In this document: one piece after another, positions 27,070-38,500 of the stretch | How the letters are laid out: each line of letters begins with the position of its first letter | Position numbering within the stretch: the first letter of the stretch is position 1 | IMG/VR virus record: IMGVR_UViG_3300005095_000008 | Coordinates: 23,031 to 87,030 of that record | DNA: 64,000 nt | Reading direction: 5' to 3' (one strand) | From: a virus | The notes under the pieces: generated by a model | Databases searched by the model: none | Told to the model about the DNA's origin: nothing | Seen by the model: only the letters and a program-made list of their open reading frames with translations | Made by a program: the position numbers and the translations under genes

Positions 27070-30000
27070 CATGAATTGTTTTCTAATTCATTTAAACGTT
27101 TTTCCAAAGCGTCTATTAAGTTTTGTTGTTTTTCTGCTGTTTCGATTAAAACGTCAATTCGCTTATCTTGTTCATTAATGTGCGAATCTAATTCTTGGAT
27201 CGCTTTGGTAACAATTGGCATAAGCTCTGCGTATGCAATTGTATATTTTTCTGGATTTATATCGTCAAATAAGCTTGTGTCTTTAAGTACTGGAAATTTC
27301 TCAATAAGCTCTTTGAAATCTTGCGCGATAAAACCAATTTGTGTTCCTTTTCGACCAGGTGAACCATCACGTCTGTTCCATTCAAATGTTGAAGGCTTTA
27401 AGAACCTAATCGCGTCTAACCCAACAGGAATCTCTTGAATGTTTTTCTTATCACGTTTATCAGAGAGAGATGATATTGATGAAACGTTACATCGTAAGGT
27501 TTCAATAGTTGAATCTCCTAAAACAACGACATTGCTTTCGCTCGCGCTGTTTGGTTCTGCGTTATAACCTAGTAATGTAACATAACTTCCAGTAAGGCCA
27601 GTGTTACCAGAATAAGCGCCTACAACAGTACATTTTTCTCCGCCTTTCCAGCTTCCTCCTGCGTCGTAACCAATAAGCGTATTATAATTACCGATATCAT
27701 CACTATCTGGAATACCGGCAAACGCGCCTATTGCTGTGTTTGCGACACTATCTTCAATTAGACTTACTGAACCTCCTAATGCTTTTCTACCGTATGTTGT
27801 TGTATTTTCTACCATACTAATATATTTAACTGTCGATAGGCTTCCGTTAGCTTCTGTTGCGTTAACCAAAACTCTAGAATTTCGATGTGTAAATGAACTA
27901 ATAGCAGAACCATATTCTACTGTACTAGTTGTAACCATAAGAGATGAAGACGGGATTGTATTATTTTGCATATTTGCTGTTAATAACACATAACTATCGG
28001 CCGATACGATGTTCCATTCTGTGTTCATGCTGGCTACGCTATCATAACCATTCCTATCACGCAGCCATTCCCATAGATAATCAGCTCTATCTGGTTCTCC
28101 AGCATGTGTTTGCACACAAGAGTCAGAAACAAGCTGTAAACCTGCTTGATTTGTCTTTCGTCTTAAGCGGAATCCTGGACCATAAATAACATCTTGCTCT
28201 AACCCAACACCAGACTCAATAGATCCTGCAAAGTAGTTAGGAACATCACTATGGATATAAACGCCATATGTCGAACCGCTAAGTTCGTCGTCGTAAGACC
28301 CGTAAAATAAATATGATTTTTCACATTGATCTGCATAAGAAAAATCTATACGACTTTTAACTCCGTATGCGGTATTTAAAGTAGCAGCGTGACTGTCTAT
28401 ATGAACAAAACCATATAAACCTGTTGCTATATATGTACCATTATCATTATCAACATCAATATCGTCAGTAACCCAATATTCAAAATGTCCAGCAGTTGCT
28501 TCTCCTGAACGTCCTGCTGTAGGACTTTTTGTAATATATGTTTTTACTCCAATCTCTTTGCTAAATGCATTTACGCTATCGATAGTATTTGTATTCTTTA
28601 CACTAAGACGATTTATCGTTCCATATACTTCATATGGCTCACTTGTTTCTTGCGTAATTAAATAGTTATACAAACCTGTGATACTATCAGGAGCTCCTGT
28701 GTTGTGATATGCGATATTATATAAACCTTTACCATGTGTAAAATCATCACCAAATTCACTATAGTTAACAAATGATTCAAATATTAAGTCGTTGTCATTT
28801 CTTTCTGTATTTCCTGCAAAACGTGTATCGAAGTATAGATGTCTATACGTGCGAGTATCTGTAAGCGACGCAGCATTATCTAATCTGAATGTCTTACGAT
28901 TAAAGATTATTGAATCGTCTATCCCATCATTAGTAATATCATAATAACGTGTATCGATAGGATTGCCATTAATAGCCCAATAATCTTTACCATCGTTATA
29001 GACCCATTCAATATACGACATAAGTGTATCGTTAACATGCGGTTGAATTGTAAATTTTTCACCTGTGTCGTATAAATTTAAAATAACGTCTGTATTGTTA
29101 CCATTTAATGTGTATAGTCCCAATTCATTATGTTTTAATATACTAAACTTGTCGTCTCTATCGCCAATGTATAATTGACCTTTAAGATAACTTTCAACGT
29201 CACTATCGATGTATATGCCATACACATTTTCATTAACAGTGCTATTGTATTTACCATAGAATAAATACGACGCGTCTACATTATCAACGTTATTAAAGTT
29301 TAATTCTGCATTATACCCATATACGCTATTAAAAGTTGCAGTGGTACTTTGTACGTCAATTATTGATCTAACACCATATGCATTTGTAGCACCATTATCC
29401 ACGTCCGTATCACTGTTATAATACGTTAATGCATTATAGGAACCAATCATTTCATATGTTGAATCTGACGTTGGAGATTTCTTAATCCTAACAGACGATC
29501 CGATTTCAGAACTCACGCCATCGATATGTGTTGCATCTAAATTAATATCAATATCAATACCTAACAGTTTATCGATAACTGTTCCTGGATATGATTGCAT
29601 AAAGTTATTTATACCAACGGCGTTCGTCAAGTTTTGTGTGCCAAGTATAAATTTATTATTAATACCAATAGCTGCTGTAGCGTCTGTACCTACTGCCGTA
29701 GTGTTAGAAAAACCAGATACGATATAGGTTTTATCATTAAGATCTGTGTTGTTTATAAATACACTACTTAAACCAAAATGAGCAGTATCTACATCGCCAC
29801 CTAAAGTTTGATCTCCGCTTAATGTTAGTGATTTAATGTTAAAACCACGTAACGTCAATGGTGTTGTTAACTGTACATCATATGTAATTGTGTCAATCTC
29901 ATGACCATTATATTTCCATATGTCAGCACCTCTTGTATAATCATTTTTATACCACTCAATAGTCTTACCGTTAGTAGGTGTAATAGTAAATTTACTATTA

Positions 30001-32486
30001 TCATCTGTCATATCCATTTTAACAGATGTATCTGACGACATAAACTCTAATTCGTTACTATATAGCCTTAAATAATTTTGTGTGGCTAAATCACCTATCT
30101 TCCATTCTTTACTCGTAGGCGTTTCAATTATATCGCTTGCTTTTAATACTATATTGCCGTTTTGGAATAACTCTAATACGCCATCTCCATTTTGTCGGAT
30201 ACCAGTGCCTGCATCGCCTAGAATGATAGCTTTATCATTATTTAAACTAGAGCCATAACCTGCAGTTCCTATTCCGATTAATAAAGAGCCACCAAGGTAA
30301 TTGTTGATTACAGATTCAATATATATACCCCAGGAGTAGTCGGCTAATTTGCCAGTTACTGCTCCATAATATAAAATTGAATTCGACATTACACTATCTG
30401 CTGTATTATATACATTAGCTTCATTTACAACAACAGTTCGTTGGTTAGAGTTACTATTATTCGATATGAAACGACTACTAGAAACAACCGCATACTCTAT
30501 GCCATTATCATTACCAGAATCACTAGCCTCAATTTCAATTATATTTTCATTTCCATATGCAAAAGTTAAATTAGACGATACTGCTTTACTAACGATTCTA
30601 TTTCTATTTCCTACCAATACTGTTTCTGATGTTGCATGTGTAGCATAATCAAATATCTCACTCAATGTGTTATAAAACTTTCCTACAACATCGCCATTAC
30701 TAAGAATATTAGTCTTCGTATAGCTATTTTCAACATTCTTCACAGTATTATTAATTTGTGTTGTTGAAAGTTTATGACGCAATACACCATCGACTGGTTC
30801 ATTTACAAATAGCTCGCTGCTATCTTTAGTTAAGTCAAATGTATAAGTTGTTGTATCTAAAACAATATTATCTGTTAGTGCTGAATAATTACCTATATAG
30901 CTATGATTATCTGTTAAAGTAACATCATCAGCAGTTAACACTAATGATTTATTATATAAGATACTGTCACTATCGTTAACATTAAATGTATTTATATAGC
31001 TGTATGTTTCTATTGGATTATCGTCAATTAACCAAGCGCTTCTTTGAAGTACGCTGTCATAATGAACATATTCTAATATCGACCCTGTTATATCGTTTAA
31101 AAGTGGTCTAAATTGGAAACCTGCGCTCGTTGATTTTTGTTCGATATGTAACCATTGCACAGTATCGGTTAAACTTACTGCAGAATCACTTACTCTAACT
31201 TCATTATTCGTATTTAGATTTTGTATAATTAATGTTTGATCTGGAATAAATACATAATCTGTTGTATAAGAGATAACTTTCGCATCATTAACATATAAAC
31301 GCATACTGGTTGAGTCTGTTGCAATACCAGTCGTTCCTGTCTGGAATGCTAAAGAATTTTCGACAAGGTTGCCTCTTGCTATAGCGTCCCTACCAATCGT
31401 AACATTTGTTTTTGTCCAAATCGTATCTCCGATACCGACCGATGGAACACCATAAGTGCACCAAAGTAATTGGTGTCCTTTAGCATACAACTTATTGTCG
31501 ACGTCATCGTTATATTTATACAGAAGACCATAAAAGTTATTATAGTCAGTACCGTCATCATTTAACGCGTTATATCGCGATACACCCCATACATTTGTTA
31601 ACTTATCAGAATTAAAGCCAGGTCCGTACAAACCAGAATTAGAAATAGAACTATTTTGAAAAATCTTTCCTGATAATCTCGTATCGATATCGCTACGAAG
31701 TAATTGATACGCATGAACACCATCTACCTTATCGGCATCCAAACCACTACCAGACCCATCTCCACTACTCAACGCGCTAAGTAAACTCTCTGCTGGCAAA
31801 CTCTCTGCTAATTGAGCAGGTGTACTCATTCTTACATAGTTATCTGTGCTATTATCGCCTTGCTCTACCTGTGTTAAAATATAACCAATATTATCATTTG
31901 TTTCAGTATTCGTTAGTCTTACTGTATTAACTGTAATGTCAGCATTAGAATCTCTAACAGCAATCGTGTTTGGAACGCTATAGGTATTGATAGACGCACC
32001 TGTCATATTTAATGCTGTATCAGCCATGATGTTTAAAATATTAAAACAATCATTTTCTAAATCATGTTCAATGTGATATACAAAACCTGGCTTTAAAAAC
32101 CCATTCTCAAGTTCTGCACCATTTCGTTTTAATGGTTTCTTATTAGAACTTCCTAATATTTGTATTGTTACAGCACTAGTGTTTGTTTGTTCTACTTGGA
32201 ACTTAAATGAACAATTCGTTGTTTCTATATAGCTTGCATTTGTTTTTCCATATTTATTTTCTAATATCAAATCATTGTCGCCCGTTGCTTTAAATACGTT
32301 TTGCAGACGTAATTCATTTATAGCATAAACGAGCTCTTTAGATCCAAATGCAGCATAATCATTAGTTGCTTCGTTTAGTATTTCTTTTAAATTATCTACA
32401 ACTGTATTAATTTCTGTTGAATATATCTGTCCTTGATGCGACGCATCATAGTCTTGTTTACGTTCGATATTTCTAATGCTAGCCAT
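27069..32486 (-). CDS. Long tail fibre/spike protein 1 with C-terminal S74 intramolecular chaperone
   Basis: 1805 aa; GSGLDADKVDG, LGDAGTGIRQNGDGVL, repeated YGIYIDS..NY; C-terminal SDKRDKKNI...GFIAQ plus coiled coil. Confidence 0.88.
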   Translation of the reverse strand: MASIRNIERKQDYDASHQGQIYSTEINTVVDNLKEILNEATNDYAAFGSKELVYAINELRLQNVFKATGDNDLILENKYGKTNASYIETTNCSFKFQVEQTNTSAVTIQILGSSNKKPLKRNGAELENGFLKPGFVYHIEHDLENDCFNILNIMADTALNMTGASINTYSVPNTIAVRDSNADITVNTVRLTNTETNDNIGYILTQVEQGDNSTDNYVRMSTPAQLAESLPAESLLSALSSGDGSGSGLDADKVDGVHAYQLLRSDIDTRLSGKIFQNSSISNSGLYGPGFNSDKLTNVWGVSRYNALNDDGTDYNNFYGLLYKYNDDVDNKLYAKGHQLLWCTYGVPSVGIGDTIWTKTNVTIGRDAIARGNLVENSLAFQTGTTGIATDSTSMRLYVNDAKVISYTTDYVFIPDQTLIIQNLNTNNEVRVSDSAVSLTDTVQWLHIEQKSTSAGFQFRPLLNDITGSILEYVHYDSVLQRSAWLIDDNPIETYSYINTFNVNDSDSILYNKSLVLTADDVTLTDNHSYIGNYSALTDNIVLDTTTYTFDLTKDSSELFVNEPVDGVLRHKLSTTQINNTVKNVENSYTKTNILSNGDVVGKFYNTLSEIFDYATHATSETVLVGNRNRIVSKAVSSNLTFAYGNENIIEIEASDSGNDNGIEYAVVSSSRFISNNSNSNQRTVVVNEANVYNTADSVMSNSILYYGAVTGKLADYSWGIYIESVINNYLGGSLLIGIGTAGYGSSLNNDKAIILGDAGTGIRQNGDGVLELFQNGNIVLKASDIIETPTSKEWKIGDLATQNYLRLYSNELEFMSSDTSVKMDMTDDNSKFTITPTNGKTIEWYKNDYTRGADIWKYNGHEIDTITYDVQLTTPLTLRGFNIKSLTLSGDQTLGGDVDTAHFGLSSVFINNTDLNDKTYIVSGFSNTTAVGTDATAAIGINNKFILGTQNLTNAVGINNFMQSYPGTVIDKLLGIDIDINLDATHIDGVSSEIGSSVRIKKSPTSDSTYEMIGSYNALTYYNSDTDVDNGATNAYGVRSIIDVQSTTATFNSVYGYNAELNFNNVDNVDASYLFYGKYNSTVNENVYGIYIDSDVESYLKGQLYIGDRDDKFSILKHNELGLYTLNGNNTDVILNLYDTGEKFTIQPHVNDTLMSYIEWVYNDGKDYWAINGNPIDTRYYDITNDGIDDSIIFNRKTFRLDNAASLTDTRTYRHLYFDTRFAGNTERNDNDLIFESFVNYSEFGDDFTHGKGLYNIAYHNTGAPDSITGLYNYLITQETSEPYEVYGTINRLSVKNTNTIDSVNAFSKEIGVKTYITKSPTAGRSGEATAGHFEYWVTDDIDVDNDNGTYIATGLYGFVHIDSHAATLNTAYGVKSRIDFSYADQCEKSYLFYGSYDDELSGSTYGVYIHSDVPNYFAGSIESGVGLEQDVIYGPGFRLRRKTNQAGLQLVSDSCVQTHAGEPDRADYLWEWLRDRNGYDSVASMNTEWNIVSADSYVLLTANMQNNTIPSSSLMVTTSTVEYGSAISSFTHRNSRVLVNATEANGSLSTVKYISMVENTTTYGRKALGGSVSLIEDSVANTAIGAFAGIPDSDDIGNYNTLIGYDAGGSWKGGEKCTVVGAYSGNTGLTGSYVTLLGYNAEPNSASESNVVVLGDSTIETLRCNVSSISSLSDKRDKKNIQEIPVGLDAIRFLKPSTFEWNRRDGSPGRKGTQIGFIAQDFKELIEKFPVLKDTSLFDDINPEKYTIAYAELMPIVTKAIQELDSHINEQDKRIDVLIETAEKQQNLIDALEKRLNELENNS

Positions 32487-32555
32487 TATTGTATCCTTTT
32501 TTATATTTATAGTGGTTAAACTAATTCAATAAAATGGTCTATGAACCAAAATACG

Positions 32556-32585
32556 CTATAGAGTACCATATGGTACTCTATAGGT
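32556..32585. repeat. Palindromic terminator; identical 30-bp direct repeat with 27040-27069
   Basis: Same sequence directly after the stop of fibre 2. Confidence 0.85.
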
Positions 32586-35500
32586 TAATTGTTTTCTAGT
32601 TCTTCGATTCTAGATGTAAGGTCATTGATGACTGATAGCAGTTCTGAAATTGTTTTTTGTTGTTGTTCTACTTTTTCATCTAGCTCTTGAAGTGCTTTTG
32701 TAAGAACTGGAATCATGGCTGTTTCAGTAATGATAAGTCTTTCTTTATTCTTATCTTTTACTATTACATTTTCACCAAAGTATTCTAATTCTTTCTCAAG
32801 CACTTCTTGTGCACCAAACCCATAATGCTTTATAGTATCTTTTTTGGTACCATCAGGTTTTCTATCTTCGTATCTAAATCTATCATCATAGACATACGAT
32901 ATTGGTCTAAGTTCTTTTACAAATTCCAATGATGATGGTAATGTTTCTATATCTGTTTTATCTCGTAAGTCAGATGGTGTATCCCATTGAACTTTACACA
33001 GAGCAGATGTGATGTTAGCATTACCCATAATGATTTGGTTATCATCTAAGATATCAAAATCACCTTGACCATCACCTGCTTGATAACCGATCGCAATAGA
33101 GTTTGTAACTGTTACTTCTTCTTCTGGACCAACATCATTACCAATAAACACACATTCAACAAGATCAAGACATGTATTCGCAGACCAATGTCCTATTACA
33201 ACGCTATCTTTATAATAAGAGTTTTTAGACATAGTGTTAGTACCTATCGCAATATTGTGCTGCGAGAAGTATGGTGTTTTTAAAGCGTTAGATCCGATTG
33301 CGATATTATTATAGTGCGCGTCTACATATCTGTTATTATCAGAGTCAGTCGGTTCTGGTGTTGGACTATAAAATGCATAATCGCCAATGGCGATATTCTT
33401 AGAGCTATCATTACCATCAACTCCTGGAGCCATCATACCCATTGCGTATGCGCCAACAGCCGTATTAAACTGTTGTATAGCGTCAGATGTGCCTGTGTAT
33501 GATAATGCATGATAGCCAATAGCAATTGCATAGCTTAGTATATTTGCATTTAATCCTGCGTTAAGACCAATAAAAGAGTCATAATAACTTACGTCAATGA
33601 TTGGTTCGATAGATCCTGCCATGTATTTTAAACGCCGACTTGATAATATAAGCTCACTATCGTAGGAATCATTTAACGTTATAGAAAACGTACTTGTGTC
33701 TGTACCGATGCCATTATTCGCAATAATCTCTCCACCAAAATACGATGGAAAATTACCATCGATATATATACCGTATATCTTGCTTGTATTAGAGCTATAT
33801 GTAGAATTACCATAAAACATAGCTGCTGTTCCAAAATCTCCAGAATCAGAATCAATGTTTATAGTCGACATATAACCAGCTAATATATCGCTTGTAGCGT
33901 ATTCTGAATCTATTTGAATTTTAGATCTAAACCCGCTTATGGTGTCAGCGCCATTATCATATGCATTATCATCATCATCTGATTTAGAGAAATAGTCAAT
34001 ATCAATAAGAACATCATTTCCTATAAGAACACCAGAGTGTTTACTTCTAGGGTCTTTATTTAACGATACCTTAGACCCATAGAAATTTGTTATTTCGTTA
34101 AAGTCTAAACATGTTGTCGTAAATTGTGTTCCTATCAAACTTGTTATGACCGATGCGTTAGATGATGCTGACAAACTTAACATTGTTTCATAAGAATTTT
34201 CTTTTCTAGCGTCATAAGATATTGTTAAAGGACCTCCTAAATATGAAAATGCTGTTGACGGTAAATATAAGTTATATGCTATCGATGGTGTGTTCGTCTC
34301 ATATCTACCTTCATATAAGGCGTAAATGTTATTAGCGTCATCGTATGTGATATTAATACGAGAAGAATGTCCATACGCTTCTGTATAGATATTTTCTGGG
34401 TTCTGTACATCTAAACTTGAGACTGTTCCTACTATACTTTCAGCATCATTTCTGCCAGTATCAGCAATATCCTGAACTCTTACCACATTATATGCGCCCC
34501 ATAATTTACCACTAAGAGACGGATTTACTGATTTTATTACTTCTGATTTGCTTCCAATAAAAACACCGTCATCATAACTACTTGTTAATAGATCAATTTT
34601 AGAATATGTTGCGACCGTCTCAGTGTACACTTGAGCATCTGACTCGATAGTAAGTTTGTTATTAATCCCAAAAACATTTTCACACGACATTGCTTCTAAT
34701 ACAGTTTCATTTAGTATCGTATTTGCCGCAGTCAAATCCGTAGCGAATTTAGTATATTTCTTATATGCGTTAACAGTTAGTGTGTTACTGTTTAATGTTG
34801 TATCAGGAGAGTATGAATTAAAATTATAGGTAATGTTATGTATTGTATCTTCACTAATATCTACTGTACCATTATCACAATTAAAAATGATAGATTGTGC
34901 CGTGCTCGAGTCCGATGCAAACTCGTAATCAAGCGTTCCGCTATCAGTAACAGAACTATCTGAACCAACAACATCGCCTTCTAAAAGAATGCGTTTATCG
35001 TTAATTGTCCAGTAATCTCCATTATCACCATCATTCCTCCATTTTAACGAACTAAATGACGTACTGTTATCTTTAGGTGTTATTTCAAAAATTGGGTCAA
35101 CGTCATATAAGTTAAGATATATACGCAAATCATTATTTGACGCGCCCTTCAATGTTATTTCGTTACGACGAATTGTAGTGCGTTTATCGTCTTCCATACC
35201 TATCGTTAAAGTAGTATCGTTATACATATAGACATTATTTGTACTATCAAATATTAATCTATCAATTCCATTATTCGCCATTGCAAAGAAACCAGTCGTG
35301 TTAATTCTTGAAGACGTGTTTCTAAAATCAATATCCTTTGGAATAGACATGGTATCTGTAGTAAACTCATATCTATACGCTATAGCGCCATCTGCTTGCA
35401 GACCTGGGTTAATAACTATATTACCATCAGCTGTAACTAAATTGTACTCTGACGTAATCTCTTCTACCGTATCAAAGCCTAAATCTGTCGCTAAATCTAG

Positions 35501-38500
35501 CAAATACACATTGGTGCGAATACGTTCTCCAGCATGTGTCATAAATATAGAGTCTGACGCGTATACGAGACCACCTTGGTTCGTTACACGTCTTATTGAG
35601 AATGAATTATCACTCCCATTATAACGCATAATATATTCACCTACTTCTGCACCACTATAGATAGACCCTCTAAGGTAGTTTGGTACATTAGAGTCAATAT
35701 AGACACCATAGCTGTTAGGTAGTATTGGACCATCATATATTCCGTAATAGAGTGCGTTTCTATTACTGCCTACGCCATCTTGTGAAGTTATTTTAGCATA
35801 ATTAGCATATAAAGTATTAAATGTATTTTCACTACTACCTGTGCGTATATTAGAATATGTTCCAGCAACATCGACTGCGCCATTATCATGGTCTGAATCT
35901 ACGATATAAACTTCATTATATGCCGCCCTAATATAGCCAGAATCCTTTACAGATGCGTCGCTCTTAAGAACTCTATTATATACTCCAATAGTGTTATTTT
36001 GTGGTGATGTAGAGTATAAATACACGTTATTGCGAGTTCCATAAATTGCTCCAGTAACTTTAGCATCGTTTTTAATATATAAAACACTTCTTACTGATGT
36101 AGCATACACATACTCACCAGAATTAAGTTTTGGATAAATCATATAATTTGTTACATCATAACAGCTAGTATTATAATATGCGTTATCGTACATATTGTAA
36201 GCATAAAGTTTTTTATCGTTTAAATCTACAATTGGTTCATAATTTAAAAAACGATATGTGACTTTATGTTCTCTATCGTCTGTTAATGTAAAATCACCAG
36301 TAATCGTTACTGCTTTATTTTCAAATGTTCTGTATTCGTCACTAAACCCTATTGCTGTATCCCGTCGAATTGTATCAATTTCGTTATCGTTATAGATCCA
36401 AATATCAGTTTTTCGTAGAGAATCATCTCTAACCCATTCTAATGTTTTTTTGTAACTATCATTTACAGACGGACGCATAATAAATCCACTACAGTTATCT
36501 CTGTTGTTAAGTTCCATTTCAACGACATCGATACCGTCATTTGTTCCGAGATAAATATTATTGCTGTTGGAAATAATTGTGTATAGACTACCATCATTTT
36601 GTCCGAATTTCCACATATGACCTTTAGCGTTTACATTGCTACCTGTAGCTTGTAGAAATATATTACTATCGTGGAATAACTCTAATACACCATCTCCATT
36701 TTGTCTAATGCCTGTACCAGAGTCTCCTAAGATCAATGCTTTACTATTATCCATACTAGAAATACTAGATGTTCCAATTTGTACAGAGCCTGCAAAGTAG
36801 TTAGGTGTATCTGAATCGATATAAATACCCCATGCATTCTGTAAAATAGTATTTTCCATATATGAACCATAAAACAACGCATTAAAATTAGAAGTTACTT
36901 CCCCATTCGTTTCGATACGCGATGATGTCCCAATAATCGAATCAAATGTATTGTTGTTGTTACCAGCATAAATTTTAGAATACGTAGCAACAATATCGGC
37001 AGCGCCATTATCATGGTCAGCTTCTGTGATGTATATTTCATTATGCGTTGCTCTAATATATCCAGAATCCTTTACAGATGTGTCGCTCTTAAGAACTCTA
37101 TTATAAGAACAGACAGTATGGTTTTGTTGCTCGCTAGAAAAACTATATACGTCATTACGCATACAATATATCACATCACTTACTTTTGAATCATTTTTTA
37201 AATGTGTAATATTCATACTGCCATATATATAATTATAATTTCCTTCTTCTAAAACTGGATAATTATAAACATTTGTTACACTATATGCGTCATTATGGTA
37301 ATGTGCTTCGTTATAAATATTTTCTATAAAAAAGTTATAACCATTTGTATCTACATTTGCTTCATAATCGAACAACAAATATTGATTTCTATGTAACGCA
37401 TCGTTAGTGAGTGTTACGTCACCTATTGCTGTTGTGAATTGACTTTTCAACGAAATCGTAGCGTCATAAACAGTAAATGTTAAATTAGCGTCAATTGTAG
37501 CAATTTCATTACCATTATATGTCCAAATATCTGTTCCTCTGGTGCTATCGAATTTAACCCACGAAAGTCTTTTATAGTCCGTACCACTTTCATCACTTTG
37601 CGAAATGTTAAACGCACTACCATCGTCAAGAAGATTCATACGTATAGTTGTGTCTGGAGAAATAAAATTAATTTCGTTTTTATATAAATTTAAATAAAGT
37701 TTATTATAAATATCACCAATGCGCCAAGTTCTCGGTGTAGGTGTTTCTATTGCATTAGAGTTAGCTTGTAAAAATATATTTTCATCTTGAAAGAACTCTA
37801 ATACGCCTGTGCCATTTTGTCTAATGCCTGTACCAGAGTCTCCTAAGATCAATGCTTTACTATTATCTAAAGCACCAAATAAATTACACGTGCCAATACC
37901 TAACGAATTTGCGGTCCAAATACTATCTCCTATAGAAACCGTAGGCGTTCCGTTATTAGCCCATACAAATTGATGTCCACCAGCCATTTCACCATATGTG
38001 CCATTATTAGAATGGTAATATGCTGCACCATATAAATTTCCAAAGTCACTGCCGTTAGCGTTTAGATAATACGCTTCTCCAATTGACCAAATATGACTCA
38101 CTTTTGTAGAATCATATACGCCATATAAACCAGCTGTTCTATTGTCCGTGTCGCCTTGTGTTATTTTACCATAAATTTTATCATCAATATCACTTCGTAG
38201 GTATTGATCTGCTGTTACACCACCTAATGTATCGATACCATCTACATATGTGCTAATAATATTATAACAATTATTATCTTTATCGTGCTCTATCTCGTAG
38301 ACCATGCCAGCTTTAATGTCACCAGCTTCTAATGAGTTCCCATTTTTATATAGTGGTTTTGATAGTGCGCTACCAGTGATTTTAATTTCTACTTCGCCAG
38401 TATTGTCTTCTTCAGCTTGAAACTTAAAAATACAACTAGAATTTAAAATATAACTCGCATTTGTTTTACCATATTTATTCTCTAGTGTTAGTTCATTTGT

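Noticed and set aside
35937-37867. Fibre repeats as a diversity-generating retroelement or shufflon
   Set aside because: Repeats are short, direct and in-frame, one is exact, and no reverse transcriptase or invertase is present in the window
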